From Octopus sinensis (lineage: Eukaryota), in NCBI RefSeq assembly GCF_006345805.1, contig NW_021825401.1, positions 1 through 15,755 of the forward strand: a DNA stretch of 15,755 nucleotides. The letters run 5' to 3'. The translations under genes and the position numbers were made by a program. How positions within the stretch are numbered: the stretch's first letter is position 1; every line of letters begins with the position of its first letter. The notes below the pieces were generated by a model. It did no database searches. It was not told where the DNA came from and saw nothing but the letters and a program-made list of their open reading frames with translations. This document shows, piece after piece, positions 9,516-15,755 of the stretch.

Positions 9516-10540
9516 AATCTCAAAATACCCCAGGGATATCCATGGATGTGGAAGAGGATTCGTTTCTTGTTTCCTTTGATTTTTTCTTTGTGAGCAATGG
9601 CTCAATAACAGTTTCTCTCAAAGTTCACAAGGACCGCATCTTTCACATTCATTATGTATTCAGCAACACGTTGATAACAATAGATAGAACAAACATCTAC
9701 TATGGTCTTGGAGACATTCCAATGTCATGGCGCCACATTACTCGAGACATAGCCATAGACTTCCAGAAAGGAATGGGATTACAGTACTCTAAAGTGAAGA
9801 AGGGCAAGTTACGCAACATAATTGTTCACCTCTCTGCAATTACTTTACACGGACAAGGTCAGATGGACAACATTACCGTTTCTTCAGCTGCACATCTTGA
9901 CCAGTTTTATGATGCTGCTAACTGGCTTGTCAAGCACCAGGATGATCGAGGTGGATGGCCTATTATGGTGGCTCGTAAATTAAGCATGCTTGAACTCGAC
10001 CCTGGTTGGTATTCTGCTATGGCTCAAGGGCAAGCCATGTCTCTCCTTGTCAGAGCCTATATAAGAACGAAAAACCCAGTCTATTTGAATGCAGCGGTCA
10101 ATGGTTTGAAACTCTATCAGGTGAGCAGTGCAGAAGGAGGTGTTATGGCCAAGTATGCAGGTGTATACACATGGTACGAAGAATACCCAACACAACCGAG
10201 TAGTTTTGTTCTGAATGGATTCATATACTCTCTGCTTGGTCTCTATGATGTGAAAGAGATTGCCACTGGAACAGGAAAGCATCTGGCTCAAATGCTCTTC
10301 GATACTGGCATGCATTCATTGAAGCACATGTTACTTCTATTTGACAATGGGTCTGGAACATTCTATGACCTTAGACATTTAACCCTTGGCATAACTCCCA
10401 ACCGAGCCCGTTGGGATTACCACACGACACATATCAATCAAATCCTCTTGTTATCTACGATAGATGATAATCCTTTATTTAAAAACACTGCAGAACGGTG
10501 GATATCATATATGAAAGGCAAACGAGCACCTCACAATTGA
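9516..10540 (+). CDS. GLCE: D-glucuronyl C5-epimerase, terminal coding exon (beta-sandwich and catalytic helical domain)
   Basis: Long T tract plus ttcAG ending at 9515; G+AA completes Glu, in frame with ORF 9482..10540. Contains GGWPIMV, GWYSAMAQGQA, WYEEYPTQPSSFVLNGFIYSLLGLYD, YDLRH, ARWDYHTTHINQ and C-terminal RAPHN, all C5-epimerase hallmarks including the active-site Glu/Tyr/His positions. Stop TGA at 10538-10540. Confidence 0.97.
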
Positions 10541-12524
10541 GTAAAGGAAATGTTATTACATTTAAAATATTTTTTTAAATATTCTTTAATAATAATTTAT
10601 CTTCCTCATAGTTTTATTTTTACCGTTTAGATTTCTACCAATTCCCCTTTCCTTAGCAGTTTTTTGTTTATCTTTCATTTTACGGTTACTAACTCATCAA
10701 ATACATTTTTGAAAGTAAGTTTCTTTTAACGTTTTAGTGATAATTAGTGGTGTTAATTTAGGTGATATCTAATGACAGAAATTCCTGTATGGTTTGGTTG
10801 ATGTTTTCTAGCTACCAAAGGCTACTTGTCAACAAGGCCAGACATGATCACTCTCTGACATTAAGATTTAAATTTTTCTATTTTTAAATTTTCAAAGCTA
10901 AAGGATTAAATGAAAAGGATTTTTCAGGATTTGCTTTTGAAGTCCCTTAGATCAATCAAAATGTAAGTTATTTTCACTATCTAATTACATTTCAAGCTAA
11001 ATTTATTTGCTTCTTCTAGCATTTTCCTACTTACGTTTTTGTTACTGTAATTCCTTATATTTTTCTTATAATTAATTTTACAAGGAAAGGAAAATAACAA
11101 AAAAATTTAAATAATTTCTAATCAATTCTTGCCCAAATTGAGAATTTAATGGTCGTGTTGATTTTTATCTCTTATGTTTGAATATTTCTTCAAAACTTTC
11201 AGTGACCTAGCTTTGAATTATTTCAAGTTCATGGCAACAGAACATTGTAGAAAATACCATTCCATACTTATCACCTAACCATATCATGTTTGGTTTCTTC
11301 TAATTATTATCGTTACCATTATTATTAATATTATTGCTGCTGCTGCTGCTTATGTGAAATAGAATGTTGGTGCTCTTCACACACTGATTTATTTTTTCCT
11401 CCCCATAATTTGTGGTGAGCACTAATGTGAAGAGAGAGGTTCCTGGAAATTTGAGTCTGCTATGCAGTTTTCATTCCAGGTTGTTTGTTACTCCTTTGGA
11501 AAAGAAATGAATGTCACAGCACTCCATTTCTCTTTATGACGAACCCAAAAGGCATGTGCCTCGTGGAAGAACCAATAGATATATCTGAAAATTAACAACT
11601 ATTGGTCCTTCTGTAGGTGTTCCCGTTGCAAGGGAACTAACTCCACACAGGCATACGATCAAATGCTTAGCATTGGGGGAAGGTCAGTTTTTCTTTTTTC
11701 CCCCCCACTGTTGATAACATATCCCTAAGCTCTTGTTATTTCTCCCTGTTAATATATTATATATCTTAAAAAGAAATTAAGTTTTAAAAAATACATTTAA
11801 ATACTTTTCCTTTTAACATTGGTGAAATAGTATTCTAAAAAAAATGTAACTAACCCCTGTATCCAAAATGTAAAAGGTGTCCTATTTCTTTAACTCTTCC
11901 CTTTCCATTGTATTAAAGAATAATTTATCCTAAAACACTGCAAAAGCTTTTCACAAAAACCTACTTTTCTATCTGTAAACAGTCTCTTGTAAGTTATGAA
12001 GTTATTTAATCATTTTGATACTAGCACAACCTTTAGATTTAAAATGCAGAACTTTGTTTTTAAAAAGTTTTTATAGCAAAATTAAAACCTTTGCTCTCAA
12101 GCTTCATCTTATTTAAGGAGAAAGTTATTTTACTTCATTCCTTGAAACTTTTGATTATTTTTTTAAAAAAAATAATTAAAAGACATAACCAAGTTTCTAG
12201 TGAAAAATATTGCATAAGATGAAGCAAGATGACTCAACCAGATCATGGGTCATGTATTTTTATTGCTGTGACATTATCCATGAAAGATTTTCATCATGTG
12301 GAGGTGTGGGCATATTGGAAAAAAAAATCCTATGAATTTGTATTGTTGGCTTTAAGTTGTGGTTAGTTATATCTCCTGTCGAGTAGGCCCTCTGTATTTG
12401 TAGTTTAGGCCTAAATGTATACTTTTGTAGGGAGTCTTCAAGCTAAGCATTCGTAACTTCCACACTTAGGAATTGAAGTGATGTCTAATTGTGAAACATG
12501 CCCAACATATTACTATTAACTTTC

Positions 12525-12750
12525 TTGCTGAGCAAATATTCAATGCCCGATCTAGCTCCTTCATGGATTTTCAGATCATTGTAATCACAGCTAATCTCCA
12601 AAGAAAAAATCAAAAAGTTACTTTTAAGATATTGCATACCTTATCTATGTATATCTCAGGACATGATTCATTATTCTAAAACAGTAGGATGTGATTTGAG
12701 AGATATTCAGCTACTGTTTCTAGCAGGTAAAACTAAATACACAGCTTAAT
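12525..12750 (-). mobile_element. Repeat family B copy in the putative 3' UTR
   Basis: Minus strand: CTGCTA-GAAA-CAGTAG (12726-12711)-CTGAAT-ATCTCTC-AAATCACATCC. The left boundary is approximate. Confidence 0.6.
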
Positions 12751-14435
12751 GGCAGTTTCTCTTTGATGTGTGAAATGTGAATTCTTTGCTAGGTTGTCAG
12801 TCACATTTCTTCTATGACTTTATTATAAATGAGAAATATCAAACATATTACCTCCCTTTTTTTTTTTTAAACCTTTTCTGATAAAGACCTTTGCTAAGTA
12901 CACCAGGATTATGGTCTCCCCCACATCATATACACTTAACCAAATTTGTAAAGTTTACTAAATAACTTACTAGGTAATTGTACTTTAGACTCCTGCTTTG
13001 AGTGATTGTGCTAAACTGAATCCTTCCCCTCCACACACAATCTTCTGCTTGAAACTTCATTCTATGTAACTAAAATATCTCTATTTTCCTAACAGCAAGG
13101 AACAAAAAGAAAAATATTTTAACAGACCTTCCCTCAATTTCTCTTATTTTATTTTTTTGGCTCAAAATCTTCTAATGCTTACGATGAAAATTTTATTCCC
13201 CTCTCCCAACATTTTTGGTGTATTTCTCAACTTTGTCACTCACTCTGCCCACTCTTACATTCTCTGACATGGCATGTAATATATCTTCATTCTGTTTATT
13301 TCTTTGTCAGAATCCTTTAACAACAAACAAAAGCAACTATTTTTCTACTGCTGTCACCTTGAATGCTATCGTTTTGATGTTTGTTTAGCTTGTGATAACT
13401 ATAATTATTTTATCATTATTTAAAAGAAAAAAAGTTTTTATCCACATCTCCTTTCCAAAATCTCTGTCTCTCTCACTCACACAAACAAATACACACAAAA
13501 TACTGATTCCAATAAGAAACCTTAAAATTTTACCCCACCTTTCCCAATTTTGGCTTTTTTTTTGTTCTTAGATTATCAAAATGTTTATTTTCTGTCTGTG
13601 ATCTCTTCTTTATTTAATATATAATTACAAATTCATAATTGCCCCACCTTCCTACTCATTAAATTGGCTGGAAGTAGTCATTCCTTCCCCTGATATAAAA
13701 ATGAAAAGAGAACAAAAAAAAAAAAATCTCTTAAATATTGGTTGTGACTAGTCTTCTGTTTATATTTACTTAGAAACACTAATTTCCCACCGATCCTGCC
13801 TATCTCTCAATATATATATATATAATACATTGTTTCATAATCTCTGAATATAGTATTTCTGTTAGTCCCATGGTACATATAAAAAGGGTCATAGCTACCT
13901 GTCAATCTGGTGGGGTTTACCTCTTTCCACGTTACATAAACCTACGGGTAGAGCCAAACTCAAACCTGCAAATTAGCAACATTGAGGGAGCTGTGTGAAC
14001 TGTATCAGTACTTGGTATAATATTTACCGCCAAATGAAGTAGGTTGTTGTCATTTAAGTTATCCATCCCTGAATGAGGTATGGACCACCAACCTTTTCAA
14101 CTACTTGCTTAGGCCACTCCATCCCCTAATCAAATGATTAAGCTTTCAAATATAATTTTACTAGATTTCTTCAATAATTAGATTATTCTTTCAGTTTGTA
14201 AATTCTTTGGGTCGTAACGACATAATCTGATTACTGACTTAGGTTTCCAGTTAGTGTATCTAGAAGTTAAAGCAATGAGTTCTGCCAGCCCAGGCTACCT
14301 ATTTTCGAGTAGAAGGATTGGATTACATTGCTTAAAATAATGGTACAACTTACATTTTAATGACACTCGTTAGTTTTTGAATTTAAAAATCAAAAATTAG
14401 TAAGTCATTTTGGGAAACATTTTGAAAATTTGTTC

Positions 14436-14607
14436 AATAAATATATATATATATATATATATTTTTTTTTTTTCTTAGCTGTTTGAATATAATACTGCAT
14501 AAAGTGGTATTAATAAAATAGAGAGGGACATATGTGAAGAAAAAGAAATGGAACTATCCAGGGCCTCAATCCTCCCTCCATATTTGTGAGGTGGATGGCC
14601 TAATAAA
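14436..14607 (+). promoter_or_regulatory. Cluster of three candidate polyadenylation signals (AATAAA)
   Basis: AATAAA at 14436, 14512 and 14602. The first is followed by (TA)n and a T run (14462-14473) that could act as a U-rich downstream element. Confidence 0.4.
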
Positions 14608-15558
14608 CATCACTTGTGCCACATTTCATTATGCAAATTATAGTGCTAATTGATTTTGGTTTAGGAGTTGCATAGGTTGGCTTGTGGAAATCCATATTAT
14701 CTTGGAAGGTGGGGGTCAGTGGATATGAAAATGTAAGTTGATTGTTGTGATATGTTCTGTGCCCTCATTTTATCAATTAGTATCAAGTTTTGAGGTGGGT
14801 GGGTGGGTTGTTTAAAACCAAGTTGAAGTAAGAGAACCTGCCCCCCCTTCACACAATATGAGTTACTCTATTTTAACCAGCAGTTTATAAGTAGGGAGCA
14901 TTAATTCCCCCACCTCCCCTCATTAACATCCTAATGTCCTGCACAAACTCATTAATTTCTATTTACAAAATTTCCTGCTGTAAAATATGTATAGTCCATA
15001 TCTTAAATATTATGTTTATATATATACATATATATATAAACTTTTTATAAAACTGAGTTTTAAATCTCTCTATATAAATATATATCTTGGTAACAGGGTA
15101 ATTGTTATATTTGTTATTAATTTTTAAACTTTGTCATTTTTGAATCTTATTTTTTTTTAAACATTGACTACATGTGGTTTCTATGGGTTCTTTTTTTTTT
15201 TTCTTTTTCTCTCCCTCAAATTTTTCCCCTAGCCCCATCCTCTCATCACACTTTTTAAAAAAAACCTACTCAAGAAACGTTCCATTGTACAATTTGACCA
15301 GTTCTTTGGTCACTTCATAAATCTGTTTGTTTATTGTTCTTCCCCTCTCTTCTATACTCCAGCTTCAATTTGTCAAAATTTGTCAGGTTGCAGTGAGTGT
15401 GCAACAGTAAACTGTTTTTAAAAAAAAATGTACATCGTTTTCCATGAAAACCCAACACTTGTGAGTGGAGTTTTATTCCACCAGTCCTGTGGAGTTCTAT
15501 CCACAACTCATGCTACTGACTTACTGCAACCGTTCTATTATGGATTACAAATTGGTTT

Positions 15559-15590
15559 TATATATGTATATATATATCTATCTATCTATC

Positions 15591-15632
<42 letters not shown>

Positions 15633-15640
15633 TACATATA
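15559..15640. repeat. Compound microsatellite (TA)n(TATC)n(TA)n(CA)n
   Basis: Directly visible in the sequence. Confidence 0.9.
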
Positions 15641-15755
15641 AATAACACATCATAACAACAAAAAAACATACATGATGTCTAAAATACATGCCACACTAAA
15701 ATAGTTGAGCCAGACACAATCGGTCACTGTTGTACTTACAGCAGCTTTTTCAAAG

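Larger units (their letters stand above)
10541..14630 (+). other. Probable long 3' UTR of GLCE (end uncertain)
   Basis: T-rich, with few recognisable repeats compared with the introns. I found no AATAAA on + between the stop codon and 14436, then a cluster at 14436-14441, 14512-14517 and 14602-14607. Weaker ATTAAA variants occur earlier (e.g. 10905-10910). Confidence 0.45.

Noticed and set aside
9980-10315. Antisense 111-aa ORF and out-of-frame 65-aa ORF inside the last exon
   Set aside because: Shadow ORFs of the GLCE coding sequence with no recognisable motifs.
10790-10815. Possible ninth family B core (tttggttgatgttttctagc)
   Set aside because: Too short and degenerate to separate from chance by eye.
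11599-11622. miR-133 gene
   Set aside because: Only the TTGGTCC 7-mer matches; the rest of the mature sequence (CCUUCAACCAGCUG) is absent.
14794-14807. G-quadruplex GGTGGGTGGGTGGG
   Set aside because: Only three GGG runs plus one GG, indistinguishable from a short (GGGT)n microsatellite.
1-15755. Prokaryotic systems (CRISPR array, operon, defence island)
   Set aside because: The sequence is a spliced eukaryotic locus with no regularly spaced repeat-spacer array or prokaryotic gene density.

Overview
AT-rich eukaryotic genomic DNA, most likely an octopus or other coleoid cephalopod (inferred from the repeat families as I recall them and the long TA-type microsatellites). The window holds the 3' four coding exons of a + strand heparan sulfate D-glucuronyl C5-epimerase gene (GLCE): 1251-1452, 3260-3434, 7408-7641 and 9516-10540. 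All introns are GT-AG with compatible phases, and the exons splice to about 544 aa ending ...KGKRAPHN. The exon(s) encoding the N-terminal membrane anchor are not in the window. The introns are full of decayed mobile DNA: a DD34D mariner transposase relic, piggyBac-type TTAA MITEs and several tRNA-derived SINEs. The most interesting element is a ~220 bp repeat present about 8 times. Its 5' end, reconstructed across copies, looks like an HDV/CPEB3-type self-cleaving ribozyme, and its 3' end is an (AAC)n tail, so it is a candidate ribozyme-headed non-autonomous retroelement. A probable ~4 kb 3' UTR contains a 65-nt pre-miRNA-like or ADAR-substrate-like hairpin. All alignments and folds were done by eye. 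Comparisons with human GLCE and known ribozymes are from memory and need checking.
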